From an uncultured Acidobacteriota bacterium (GTDB lineage Bacteria; Acidobacteriota; Vicinamibacteria; Vicinamibacterales; CAVVIG01), in contig CAVWRG010000003.1 in NCBI GenBank assembly GCA_963757355.1, forward strand, positions 2,609,842 to 2,673,841: a DNA stretch of 64,000 bases, given 5' to 3'. The notes beneath the pieces were generated by a model. That model did not search any database, was not told where the DNA came from, and saw only the letters and a program-made list of their open reading frames with translations. Below, piece after piece: positions 29,664 to 38,508 of the stretch; position 1 is the first letter of the stretch, and each line of letters opens with the position of its first letter. Made by a program: the position numbers and the translations under genes.

Positions 29664-30167
29664 TTAGGGTTTCATTTCCTTGCCGCTGATCTGCACATCG
29701 AAGCCGTCCGGATCCTTGATATGGAAGCTGTTCTCGGTGTCGACGCGCGCCTCGAGTTTGCGGCGATCGAGTTCCGCTTTCACTTTGTCCTTGTCCCACT
29801 CCTCGATCGTGTAGGCGATGTGATCGACTTTCGGCGCCGTTGCCGGCTCGCGCGAGTTGCGCGCGAGCAGCCACGTGCCGTGATCGCCGAACGACAAGTA
29901 CGCCTGTTTCCCATCGTCGTGCGACACCTTCATACCGAGGAGATCCGCGTAGAAGTCGCGCGTCTTGCCGTAGTCGGCCACCTGATACGAAATGTGATTG
30001 ACGGCGATCGCCTTGAAGCCTTTTCCCTCGGCCGCCGCCGCGCCCGCCGACGCCGCGCCCACGGCCGATGCCGCGGTCGCCGTGAGCGCCAGGCTTTGAA
30101 TGAGCTGGCGCCGCGTCATCTTGCCGTGTTCGAAGTCGCTGAGCAGGTTCGCAATAATGTGTTCCAT
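29664..30167 (-). CDS. VOC/glyoxalase-family protein with Tat-type signal
   Basis: Twin-arginine leader MTRRQLIQSLALTATAASA. The glyoxalase fold is seen as VNHISYQVADYGKTRDFYADLLGM..VDHIAYTIE..HIKDPDGFDVQI. An alternative start is at 30119. Confidence 0.8.
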   Translation of the reverse strand: MEHIIANLLSDFEHGKMTRRQLIQSLALTATAASAVGAASAGAAAAEGKGFKAIAVNHISYQVADYGKTRDFYADLLGMKVSHDDGKQAYLSFGDHGTWLLARNSREPATAPKVDHIAYTIEEWDKDKVKAELDRRKLEARVDTENSFHIKDPDGFDVQISGKEMKP

Positions 30168-30448
30168 CAGACCCTCCAGGAATGTGCGCCCATCCTAGTG
30201 GGGAGTTGGCGCCGGCGGCAAGCGGATCATTTCACGCGGCCGCACACTCATCGAACCCGGGCGGCCGTCTCTAGCGCATTCCGCGCTCTCGGTGCGGAAG
30301 AGAAGTTGTTTGAATGTCAATCCGCGCGCAGCGCGAGCATCGGATCCGCGGCGCGCCGGCAAATTCACAAACAGTCCTGTAGCGCAGCTACAAGAGCAAT
30401 CCGGTGGGTTAGAGGATGCGTACGCGCGCGGTTCGAAGGCGTCAGCGC

Positions 30449-30892
30449 TTACTGCGGGCACTCGCCGTCCAGTGTCTTCACCGACTTGACCTTGAACTCC
30501 GGCAGTTCGACATTCCCAGTTCCGGACGCTGCGCCGCCGCTGCTGCCGGCGATCACGGCCTGCGTCGGATCCATGGCGCCCGCCTGGCCTGCGACGTTCG
30601 GAGAGGGGTAGAGGCCTCCGGAAATCTTGACGCGCGGCACGACGATACCGCCGACGATCTCGACGCGCTTGCCGGCATATTTTTTCATGTCCTGGCCGGA
30701 GAGCCGATACATGGTCGCCTTCGTGGGATTCACATCGTCGGCGAATGTGAACTGATTCGGCGCCGAATCGTTCGGCTGCACGCATCCACTGAGCGTGAGC
30801 GCTTTCGGTGCTTCGTTCTTGCTCGTGGTCTGCGCACCTGGAATGGCAGCGGCACAAGCAATAGCCAGCAACGTGAAGAATGGGATACGCAC
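30449..30892 (-). CDS. Secreted hypothetical protein
   Basis: Signal peptide MRIPFFTLLAIACAAAIPGAQT. No recognisable domain. Confidence 0.5.
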   Translation of the reverse strand: MRIPFFTLLAIACAAAIPGAQTTSKNEAPKALTLSGCVQPNDSAPNQFTFADDVNPTKATMYRLSGQDMKKYAGKRVEIVGGIVVPRVKISGGLYPSPNVAGQAGAMDPTQAVIAGSSGGAASGTGNVELPEFKVKSVKTLDGECPQ

Positions 30893-30906
30893 GGGACCTC
30901 ACTCCA

Positions 30907-30980
30907 AAAAGGGGCCGTACCCCTTTTCTGATTCTTCTGATTCTGACGCTGCGACGTTGAACATGGGTACGGCCCCTTTT
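30907..30980. promoter_or_regulatory. Perfect 16-bp inverted repeat (AAAAGGGGCCGTACCC / GGGTACGGCCCCTTTT) with 42-nt loop
   Basis: The arms at 30907-30922 and 30965-30980 are exact reverse complements. The first arm plus three following bases also forms a local GGGG-CCGTA-CCCC hairpin flanked by A/T runs (terminator-like in both directions). The loop holds CTGATTCTTCTGATTCTG. Confidence 0.7.
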
Positions 30981-31227
30981 CAACGCTGAAGCTGGACGAG
31001 CGGCTGGATCAGATCGACGAGGCCGCTCCAGATGATACTGACGCCAACACACAACAAAATGAATGCCGACAGCCGCAGGAACACCACGGTTCCAGTTTCG
31101 CCGAGATAGGTGATGAGCCGCGAGGCAAATCGATAGCTGAGGTAGACCGTCAGCGCGACGATGATCGCGATCGAGACCGAACCAGGACCGACAGTCAGCG
31201 CAAACGTGAGCGGAAAGAATGCGCGGT
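30980..31227 (-). pseudogene. MarC-family (UPF0056) membrane protein, C-terminal half only, no start codon
   Basis: The minus-strand frame reads FFPLTFALTVGPGSVSIAIIV..LGETGTVVFLRLSAFILLCVGVSIIWSGLVDLI*, matching the second half of MarC proteins. Upstream sequence in this frame is non-membrane and is occupied by arfB in another frame. Confidence 0.5.
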
Positions 31228-31650
31228 TCAGTCCTCGCCCGATCGCCGGCTGCTCCGCAAGTCTTTGACCGCGCTCCGGCGTTTCTTGGACTCGAGCCGC
31301 TTCTCGCGCGCCGCCTTCCGCGGCTTGGTCGGCCGGCGCCTCTTCGGGCGTTTGGCCGCCGCCTGCAGAAGCGCGATCAGGCGCGCCCGCGCCGCTTCAC
31401 GATTCTGCCCTTGGGTCCGGTGCTCGCGACTGTCGATCAGCAGCACGCCGTCGGCGGTGAGCCGGCTGCCGGCCAGTGTGGCCAGGCGCTCCTTCACGTC
31501 GGGCGGAATCGACGATGTGCGCAGATTGAACCGGAGCTCGACGGCGGTCGACACCTTGTTGACGTTCTGGCCGCCGGGTCCAGACGCGCGCACGAAACGC
31601 TCCTCGATATCGCGCTCGTCGACCGCGATGGTGTCGGTCACATGCAGCAT
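31228..31650 (-). CDS. arfB: Alternative ribosome-rescue factor ArfB (peptidyl-tRNA hydrolase, YaeJ family)
   Basis: MLHVTDTIAVDERDIEERFVRASGPGGQNVNKVSTAVELRF carries the GGQ motif, and the C-terminal tail is basic. About 140 aa. Confidence 0.9.
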   Translation of the reverse strand: MLHVTDTIAVDERDIEERFVRASGPGGQNVNKVSTAVELRFNLRTSSIPPDVKERLATLAGSRLTADGVLLIDSREHRTQGQNREAARARLIALLQAAAKRPKRRRPTKPRKAAREKRLESKKRRSAVKDLRSSRRSGED

Positions 31651-31685
31651 GAGCCATGATAGCCGGCCTCGGCAGGCTCGGCGGA

Positions 31686-32798
31686 TTATGGCTTGACGTA
31701 CTTCTTCACGTCCTTCTGTCCGACTTCCGCGCCGTAGATATTGCCTTGCGCGTCGACGGCGACCCCCTCGGCATTGCTGGTGTTGGTCGCCTTCTCGTTC
31801 GGATCGGGGATGAAGTACTTCACAGAGCCGTCTTTGGCGCTGCCGATGCGAATGCCGCGCTTCCACCCGTCGTGGTTGCGCGAGACCGACTCGGACTCCG
31901 AGTCGCCCACGTAGATGGTGTCGTGCGCGTCGATGAAGATGCCGCTCGGACGGCTGAATTGGGTCCATTCGGCGAGGTACTTCCCGTCCTGATCGAGAAT
32001 CTGGATCCGGTTGTTGTTGCGATCGCCGACGAACAGCCGCCCTTTCGAGTCCATCGCCAGCGCGTGCGGCTGATCGTACTCGTTGGGCCCGGTCCCCTTC
32101 TTGCCCCACATCTTGATCAGTTTGCCGTCCTTCGAGAACTTGAACAGATGATCGTCGCCCGCCCCGTGCCCTTCAGCGACGAAGATGGTGCCGTTGGGCG
32201 CCACCAGCACCGCGTTCGGCTGGTAGAAATAATCGGGCTCGGCGGCGCCGCCCTTCTTGCCAAGCGTCATCAGGAGCTTGCCGTCGGGGCTGAATTCGTG
32301 CACCTGGTGTCCGACCGTCGCGCCAGGCGGCGGGCCGATCGGTCCCACCGGCGCCGGCGCCGACATGCCGCGCTGTCCGCGCTGTGGGCGTGGCGCGTTG
32401 TCCTGGCCGTCGGTGATCCAGATGTTGCCGTTGTGATCGATGAAGAACCCGTGCGGAAAAATCAGCATGCCCGCGCCGAAGCTCGCGACCATTTTGCCGT
32501 TGGCATCGAACTTCATGATCGGGTTGACGGTCGGCGAATTCAGACAGGAGTTCGCGCCGCAGCGTTCAGCGATCCAGATGCTCTTGCCGTCCTTGTCGAT
32601 GCCGACGGCGCTCGTCGATCCCCACGTCCGCCCTTCCGGGAGCTTGAAGTAGTTCTCGACCGTGCGATACGGATTCGGCAAGTCGTTGACCGGCTGCGGC
32701 GGACTTTGCGCAATCGCACGTGCGCCGGTGCCGGCAACGGCGAGCGCGGCGGCCACGGCGAGGCCCGCCGCAAGCTTGAGCTGACCTGTGTGCGACAT
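31686..32798 (-). CDS. Secreted NHL-repeat beta-propeller protein (peptidyl-alpha-hydroxyglycine lyase-like)
   Basis: GGAGG-type RBS before the ATG (complement 32796-32798). Signal MSHTGQLKLAAGLAVAAALAVAG. Repeated blades are seen as IWITDG, IFVAEGHG, LFVGDRNNNRIQILD and IYVGDSES. Confidence 0.75.
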   Translation of the reverse strand: MSHTGQLKLAAGLAVAAALAVAGTGARAIAQSPPQPVNDLPNPYRTVENYFKLPEGRTWGSTSAVGIDKDGKSIWIAERCGANSCLNSPTVNPIMKFDANGKMVASFGAGMLIFPHGFFIDHNGNIWITDGQDNAPRPQRGQRGMSAPAPVGPIGPPPGATVGHQVHEFSPDGKLLMTLGKKGGAAEPDYFYQPNAVLVAPNGTIFVAEGHGAGDDHLFKFSKDGKLIKMWGKKGTGPNEYDQPHALAMDSKGRLFVGDRNNNRIQILDQDGKYLAEWTQFSRPSGIFIDAHDTIYVGDSESESVSRNHDGWKRGIRIGSAKDGSVKYFIPDPNEKATNTSNAEGVAVDAQGNIYGAEVGQKDVKKYVKP

Positions 32799-33052
32799 CA
32801 CTCCTGCCTCCCTCGAAGAAGTCGGCGACGATTCTACTGTGCTTTGCGCCTGAGCCGTCTGGTGGGACGCCTGTCCGAAGTCCTGGTACCCTCTGTTGAG
32901 CAGCAGCAGCGCCGAAGTGAACGTAGACACTTGATGACGATTTTTGGGTTGGTATCTCCGTGAGCGGAGGCGATATCATGCGCTCGACGACAGACAGCCG
33001 GGCGACTCGGCCCGCAGCAAGGCGCCCCGTGCGCTCGATAAGGAGTGGTTCC

Positions 33053-34021
33053 ATGTACGGACGAATGGCAGCGAGACGCGGCGCTCTACTGACCGCGGCA
33101 TTGACGATAGGCGTGGCGTCGTTTGTGGCGCTCGGTGCGCAGCAGCCCCCGCAGCAGCCGCCCGAGCCTGCGGCACCCAAGCCGAACGCGCCCGCCGGGC
33201 AGCGCGGGCAGCGCGGACAACGCGGCGAGTCGCCCGACGCGGCAGCCCCCAAGGCGCCCGCGCCCAAGCCGCTCGTGCCGGTCGTGGCGAGTACAGTGGC
33301 TGCCCATCCCGATGCGTACTACGGTCAAGAAGTGACGATGACGGCGACCGTCGATCAGATCCTGTCGCCGACGTCCTTCTCGATGGATCAGGACCGCACG
33401 AAGAGCACCGGCCAGGACGTGCTGGTGCTCGCGCCGCGCCTCAACGAGCCGGTCGAGCTCAACTCGTACGTGACGGTGCTGGGCGAAGTGGTGAAGTTCG
33501 ATCCGGCCGAGATCAAGAACCAGGCGAAAGAGCTGAAAGTGGATCTGCCGGATGTCCCGGCTGACGTCGCCGCGAAATATCGCGGCAAGCCGGCGCTCAT
33601 CGCCACGACCGTTCTGAATGCGAAAATGGTGAACCTCGCCATGCGCCTGCCGCCGCCGATGACCAACGACGAAGAGATGCTGGACAAGGTGATGAAGCGC
33701 GTCGCCCCGGCGTTTACCGCGCTGCGCGGCGCCGTCGACAAATCCGACATGGAGGCGACCAAGCAGAACGCGGTAATCCTGAAGCAGGCATTCACTGAGA
33801 CGGAGGCGTTCTGGAAGTCGAAGAGCAAGGCGGACGCCACGAAATGGGCGGGCGACGCGCGCACACAGGCGGACGCGATCGATCGCGACGTCGCGACGGG
33901 CAAGTGGGACGCGATCAAGACCTCGGCGACCGCGCTTGGTGCGACCTGCGGGAGCTGCCACGGCGTCTATCGTGAGCGATTCGACGATGGTTCGTACCGA
34001 ATCAAGATGGGACCGAAGTAG
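33053..34021 (+). CDS. Exported protein with C-terminal class II cytochrome c (cytochrome c-prime-like) domain
   Basis: AAGGAG RBS lies 7 nt before the ATG at 33053, and a signal peptide is present. There is a Pro/Gln-rich linker and an N-terminal beta-rich domain. The C-terminus is a four-helix-type region ending in the heme motif CGSCHGVYRERF. Confidence 0.7.
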   Translation: MYGRMAARRGALLTAALTIGVASFVALGAQQPPQQPPEPAAPKPNAPAGQRGQRGQRGESPDAAAPKAPAPKPLVPVVASTVAAHPDAYYGQEVTMTATVDQILSPTSFSMDQDRTKSTGQDVLVLAPRLNEPVELNSYVTVLGEVVKFDPAEIKNQAKELKVDLPDVPADVAAKYRGKPALIATTVLNAKMVNLAMRLPPPMTNDEEMLDKVMKRVAPAFTALRGAVDKSDMEATKQNAVILKQAFTETEAFWKSKSKADATKWAGDARTQADAIDRDVATGKWDAIKTSATALGATCGSCHGVYRERFDDGSYRIKMGPK

Positions 34022-34135
34022 CCCTCGCCCGAGTGTGTAACGAACCGACCAACGAGTTGTCACCACGGTGGACACGGAGAAGTGACCGCCGTGGTGGAGC
34101 GCTGGATTCTCCGACGCCCCTAGAACCCTTGAGAA

Positions 34136-34168
34136 CCCGAAACTTGATTTTTTGAGTCAAGTTTCGGG
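34136..34168. terminator. Perfect 12-bp hairpin between convergent genes
   Basis: CCCGAAACTTGA-TTTTTTGAG-TCAAGTTTCGGG is extendable with mismatches. It lies between the cytochrome gene stop (34021) and the Omp85-like gene stop (34218). Confidence 0.55.
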
Positions 34169-34217
34169 GCTCGCAAGTGAACTATAGCGGGCTCAGGCCG
34201 ACAGGGCCGGAGGCCCG

Positions 34218-35448
34218 CTAGAACGCTTCCTGGATCGCCAGATAGAAGCCGCGCGAGCCGTCTTTGCCCCACGCGTAGTCGGTGCACAGGTTCGTGCGCG
34301 ACCGTTTGTTCAGGAGCACCCGCAGCCCGAAGCCCGCCGCCGGCGCCACCGAATCGAACAGCTTCTCCCCCGTTTCCGTACCTGTCCACGGTCGTCACAT
34401 TCAGAAACGCCACCATGCCGAGCAGGCCGTTCGACGTGATCGTGCCGCGGTATTCCATTTCGCCGTACAGCATCCGCTCGCCTCGAAAACGGCCTTCTCC
34501 GTAGCCCCGCGCGGACCGGCCATCGCCGCCGTTCTCCGGCAGGTCCAGGTACGGCACGGTGCCGCCGGTGACCAGGTCGCCCAGAAACCAGAACGCGAGC
34601 TTGTGGCGCGCGTCGGGCGTGAGCTTTCTGTAGGCCCGCGCGTCGAGGTACAGCTCCTGCCACGTGGAGTCGCCGCCGAGGAACCCGTTCACGAAGGTCC
34701 GGTACGTGGCGCTGGTGAGAAAGCCGCGCTGCGCGTTGATCGGGTTGTCGCGCGTATCGTAGAGGAGTCCGACGCTCGTCCCGCTCGAGGTCTGCGTGTC
34801 CTCGGTGAAGCCGTGCCGCTCGCTGTAGGCCAGATACGCCGACTCGTCGAACGCCGATTCTGCGCCGGCACCCGCGCGGGCGTTGGCGTGGACGTTGACG
34901 TTGAGGCCGAGGCCCACGAACAATCCCGGCTTCACCTTGCGGTACGCCGTCTCATAGAGGCGGAAGAAGTCGTATTTGATATTCGCGCTGCCTGCCTGCA
35001 GCGAGTCGGTGCCCAACGCGTACGTGTTCTGCGACGTCCACGACAGCCGGTTGTCTCCCTGCAGAAACCAGCCATCGTCGTGCGTGAAGATGGAGAACTT
35101 TACGCCGGACAGCGTCTGTTGCTTCTGGGAGAACTTCAGCCCAGTCGAGAGCACGGAGATCCGCGTGGTCCTGGGATCGCCGCGAAAAAATGCGATGTTG
35201 CTGCTGAAACCACCGTTCAAGCCGGTGGAGGGCTTCGACCCGATCGACGGCGCGAAGACGAAGAAGTGCGCGCGCGATTCCTCATCGTCCGGCGGGGCAT
35301 CCTCGGTCGGCAGCTTGTGCCTGAGCTGATGCCACACGTCGCCGACATCCTTCGTTGGGAGCGCGACAGGAGGAGGTGGTGGTGGTGGTGGCGCATCGCC
35401 GCCGTCGTCGCCCTGGGCCCGCACGGCGGAAGGGATGAACAGCGCCAT
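34218..35448 (-). CDS. Omp85-family (bacterial surface antigen, PF01103-like) outer-membrane beta-barrel without POTRA domains, interrupted by a 1-nt frame change at a C5 run (34367-34371)
   Basis: YDTRDNPINAQRGF, RGYGEGRFRGERMLYGEMEYR and GMVAFLNVTTV are present. The true C-terminus EKLFDSVAPAAGFGLRVLLNKRSRTNLCTDYAWGKDGSRGFYLAIQEAF* lies in another frame and ends at 34218-34220. Confidence 0.8.
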
Positions 35449-35614
35449 CGCGAGGCACGCCGATAACGTCGCAGAGTGGAAACTCGTAACATTGATTATA
35501 ACGAGCGCTCTTTCCCGGTCCCCGCGATCACAGTCTTTTCACAAACCGGACACGCTGGGCTCGCGACAGCTCTTGAGATTGCGCCGGCATTCGCATCCCT
35601 CCCACAATGGCCGC

Positions 35615-36319
35615 ATGAGTTTTGTCGAGTGTCCCGCTGCATCGGTCCTGACCCGCGCGCGTCTGCTGTCCGTCCTTGCACTCGTGCTTGCGCTTGCGCC
35701 AGCGCGGGCCCGAGCTCAGGAGACTCCGTCGTTCGAGCCGCCTGTCGCCATCGACAGCGCGCAGACCTCCGTTTCTCAGACACCTCCGCTGTCGACGATG
35801 TCCTACGTCCCGATTACCGGCCTGCAGCGCGTGGACTGGATCGTCGTCGGCACCATCGGACCTCGGAGCCTCGCCGTCGGCGTGCTCGCCGATGCGTGGC
35901 AGACCGGATTCAATGTCCCGGAAGAATGGGGGCGCAGCTGGAGCGGTGTCGGCAAGCGATATCTCGAGCGTGAAGCAGACGTCGCGATCTCGAGCACAAT
36001 CGAGGCCGGCGCGGGCGCGATCTGGGGCGAGGATCCGCGCTATGTCCCGTCGGGCCGCCGCGGCCTCTGGCCGCGTGTGCGGTACGCATTGAAAACCGTT
36101 GTGTTGGCGCAGCGGCCGGACGGCCACCTCGCACCCGCGTGGGGCCGATATGCCGGCAACGTCTTCAACAACGTGATCGAGAACGCCTGGCTGCCGCCGA
36201 GTATGACCACTCCCGGACAGACGGCGCTCCGGAGCGTCAATGGATTTCTTGGCCGCGCCAGCGGCAATCTCTTCGATGAATTCTGGCCGGACGTCCGGCG
36301 GCGGCTGCAGAAGAAGTAG
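35615..36319 (+). CDS. Secreted hypothetical protein
   Basis: Signal-like LTRARLLSVLALVLALAPARARAQE. No recognisable domain. The start is chosen at MSFVE, not at the ORF-track M at 35435. Confidence 0.5.
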   Translation: MSFVECPAASVLTRARLLSVLALVLALAPARARAQETPSFEPPVAIDSAQTSVSQTPPLSTMSYVPITGLQRVDWIVVGTIGPRSLAVGVLADAWQTGFNVPEEWGRSWSGVGKRYLEREADVAISSTIEAGAGAIWGEDPRYVPSGRRGLWPRVRYALKTVVLAQRPDGHLAPAWGRYAGNVFNNVIENAWLPPSMTTPGQTALRSVNGFLGRASGNLFDEFWPDVRRRLQKK

Positions 36320-36341
36320 CAGCCGCTCGCGACTGATCACG

Positions 36342-36905
36342 TCACTTGTCCCGAGCGGCCGTGTGTGCGCTGCCGGCGCTGTCGAGCAGATCTCGACGGA
36401 CGAATCGCTGTGTGAGTTGGGCCGCGTCGGTCTCGTACGTCCGATGGCGCAGATCGTCCGACACCTCGAACCCGTGACTCGAGAGGTAACGGCCGAACGA
36501 CAGCGCGTCCACGATTTCTGGCGTCTCGGCGATCTCGACGGCATGGCGCAACTCGTGACCCAGTAACGCGATCTGCCGATCGTGCAGCAGCCCGCAGTTC
36601 AGCTGCGCCTGCGCGTACCGCACGCCGCCCGCGTACGAGACGAACTGCAGCCGCCCGCCGAATTCCAGCGCCGTATCAGATCGGATTGCGCCGCACGAGA
36701 TGTACACGACCACGTCGGAGGCGTCCAGCCGATCCACCAGCGCGCGTAAAGTCTCGGAGCGCGCGAGACCGTCATCGATGAGCCCGCGCAATGACGGCGA
36801 CGCCGTACGCACATGGGCGATGGTTTGCGCGGTCACGCGCGATGCACCACTCAGAATCACCGTGATCAGCACCACGGTGCAGGAGAATCGTTGTCGCTTC
36901 GGCAT
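36342..36905 (-). CDS. Secreted hypothetical protein with HExxH motif
   Basis: Signal CTVVLITVILSGASRVTAQ. The motif LLGHELRHAVEIAE suggests a small zincin-like fold, a weak inference. Confidence 0.45.
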   Translation of the reverse strand: MPKRQRFSCTVVLITVILSGASRVTAQTIAHVRTASPSLRGLIDDGLARSETLRALVDRLDASDVVVYISCGAIRSDTALEFGGRLQFVSYAGGVRYAQAQLNCGLLHDRQIALLGHELRHAVEIAETPEIVDALSFGRYLSSHGFEVSDDLRHRTYETDAAQLTQRFVRRDLLDSAGSAHTAARDK

Positions 36906-37353
36906 GTTGCCGATGTTGATAGCAACGGCCGGACCAACAGAGAGGCTGGCGCCAAAAGCGCGGTTTGGCGCGGCCTCTGCCGGCGTGCACCGCAGGCGTG
37001 TCGTGTTTACCGTTGTAAGAAACAGACAAACATGTCTGACATAGCGCGGCGGACGACATCTTCGTGCCCGGCGTCAGAGTCGCCCCAGAATCGCTGATAT
37101 TGAGGCCATATCGCCGACGAGCAGCCCGCACTTCAGACCGTTGCCGATCAACCAGACACGACAAAATTGTTCCGATGAAAAAAAGCCACGACCCATCGCG
37201 GGGGCCGCTTACAAACGTGACTTCCGCGTCATCGTCTGAAGCGCAGCGCCGGATCGGCGAGCACCTGTGCGGCGGCCCACTCGCGCGTCATCGCCCGCGC
37301 CGCTCGAAACGTCTCGCCGCCTTGCGAGAGCGCCGGCCTCGATTTCCGGCAGG

Positions 37354-38394
37354 TCATTTGCCGACTTCGAGGATCGAGAACGAGTCGGGCACCATCGGGC
37401 CGCGCCCCGCGCGCCCGCCGGCCGGCGGCGGCGTCGCCGGTTCGCCGAAGTCCGCCGCGATCAGCAGAATCCGTCCGGTCTTGCCGTCGAGGGTCATCGT
37501 TTTGGCGCTGACCTTCGTCTGAACCGTCTGCTCCACGGCGAAGCTGGTGGGACTGCTTTCCTTGATGACCGTCAGCGTGCCGTCGCCTTGCGAGCTGAAC
37601 GCTTCCATCGTGGCGGGGTTGAATCCCGCGCCGTCCACGCCGGTGCCGATCGGCAGGGCGGCGAGGACTTTCCCCGTGTCCGCGTTGATCATCACCATCG
37701 TCGGCGTGTTGCGGCACGCCACGAAGAGCACGTGGTTCTTGACGTCGAACGCGAGGCCCGCCGGCACCTTGGCTTTGTCGTCGAAGCCGTAATGCGCCGT
37801 GACCTGCAGCGTCTTCGCATCCACCACGGCGACGTTGTCCTTGTCTTCGACGTCGATGTAAAGGTGACCGCGGCCGTCGGTGACCGCCTGCTCCGGCGCG
37901 CCGCCCAGGTCGACAGTGCCGACGATCGATCCATCTTTCGCATCGATCACCGTCGCGTTCGGTGCGCGGTGGCTCAGGATCCAGACGCGCTCGTTGAACG
38001 GATCGAACAGAATGCCGTCCGGGTTGCCTTCGACGTCAATCGTCTTGATGAGAGCGAGCGTCTTCGTGTCCCACATGGCCACCGGTCGGCTGCTGGCAAA
38101 GCCGTGGCCCGACTTTGGATCGACGGCCGCTCCGTGTCCATTGACCTTGGGAATCTCGCCCGCCGGCTCGAGCGTGTCGAGATTGAAGACGGTGATGCGT
38201 CCGTCCGGACCCGATCGCGGCACGTACAGTCGGCGCCCGTCGGCATCGGCGTACACATAGTCGAAGCCACCCGCGCCGCCGACCTTGGCGGTCTTCACGA
38301 TCTTGTACGGTCCGGCGGTGGACGCCGGCTGCGCCAACCCGATCGACCAGGCCGACATGACGATCCCGACGGCGAGCACGAAGAATCGGCGCAT
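37354..38394 (-). CDS. Secreted YncE/YVTN-type seven-bladed beta-propeller protein
   Basis: Signal MRRFFVLAVGIVMSAWSIGLAQ. Repeated blades carry G..P.G.A(F/V)D patterns (GHGAAVDPKS, GNPDGILFDP, GAPEQAVTD, VPAGLAFDV, GVDGAGFNP). Confidence 0.75.
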   Translation of the reverse strand: MRRFFVLAVGIVMSAWSIGLAQPASTAGPYKIVKTAKVGGAGGFDYVYADADGRRLYVPRSGPDGRITVFNLDTLEPAGEIPKVNGHGAAVDPKSGHGFASSRPVAMWDTKTLALIKTIDVEGNPDGILFDPFNERVWILSHRAPNATVIDAKDGSIVGTVDLGGAPEQAVTDGRGHLYIDVEDKDNVAVVDAKTLQVTAHYGFDDKAKVPAGLAFDVKNHVLFVACRNTPTMVMINADTGKVLAALPIGTGVDGAGFNPATMEAFSSQGDGTLTVIKESSPTSFAVEQTVQTKVSAKTMTLDGKTGRILLIAADFGEPATPPPAGGRAGRGPMVPDSFSILEVGK

Positions 38395-38508
38395 AACGGG
38401 TTCTCCTCGGCGCCGATTGTATACCGGGCTTGTAAGATCGAACGTATACGCGACGCGAGGGCTCGATGTCGCGCGAAGGCCTTCAGCGTGGCCAGGCCGA
38501 ACGTTGCC

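Noticed and set aside
30195-31052. 285-aa minus-strand ORF
   Set aside because: It overlaps the signal-peptide protein 30449..30892 in another frame and crosses the 16-bp inverted repeat. Its translation is Arg-rich nonsense.
31656-34075. ORFs 31656..32963 (+, 435 aa) and 33086..34075 (-, 329 aa)
   Set aside because: They are antisense shadows of the NHL-propeller gene and the cytochrome gene respectively.
37170-37215. A7/T7 run with adjacent GC-rich segment as terminator of the beta-propeller gene
   Set aside because: I could not draw a convincing stem (only 3-4 bp pair cleanly), and it lies ~150 nt beyond the stop. That is insufficient support.
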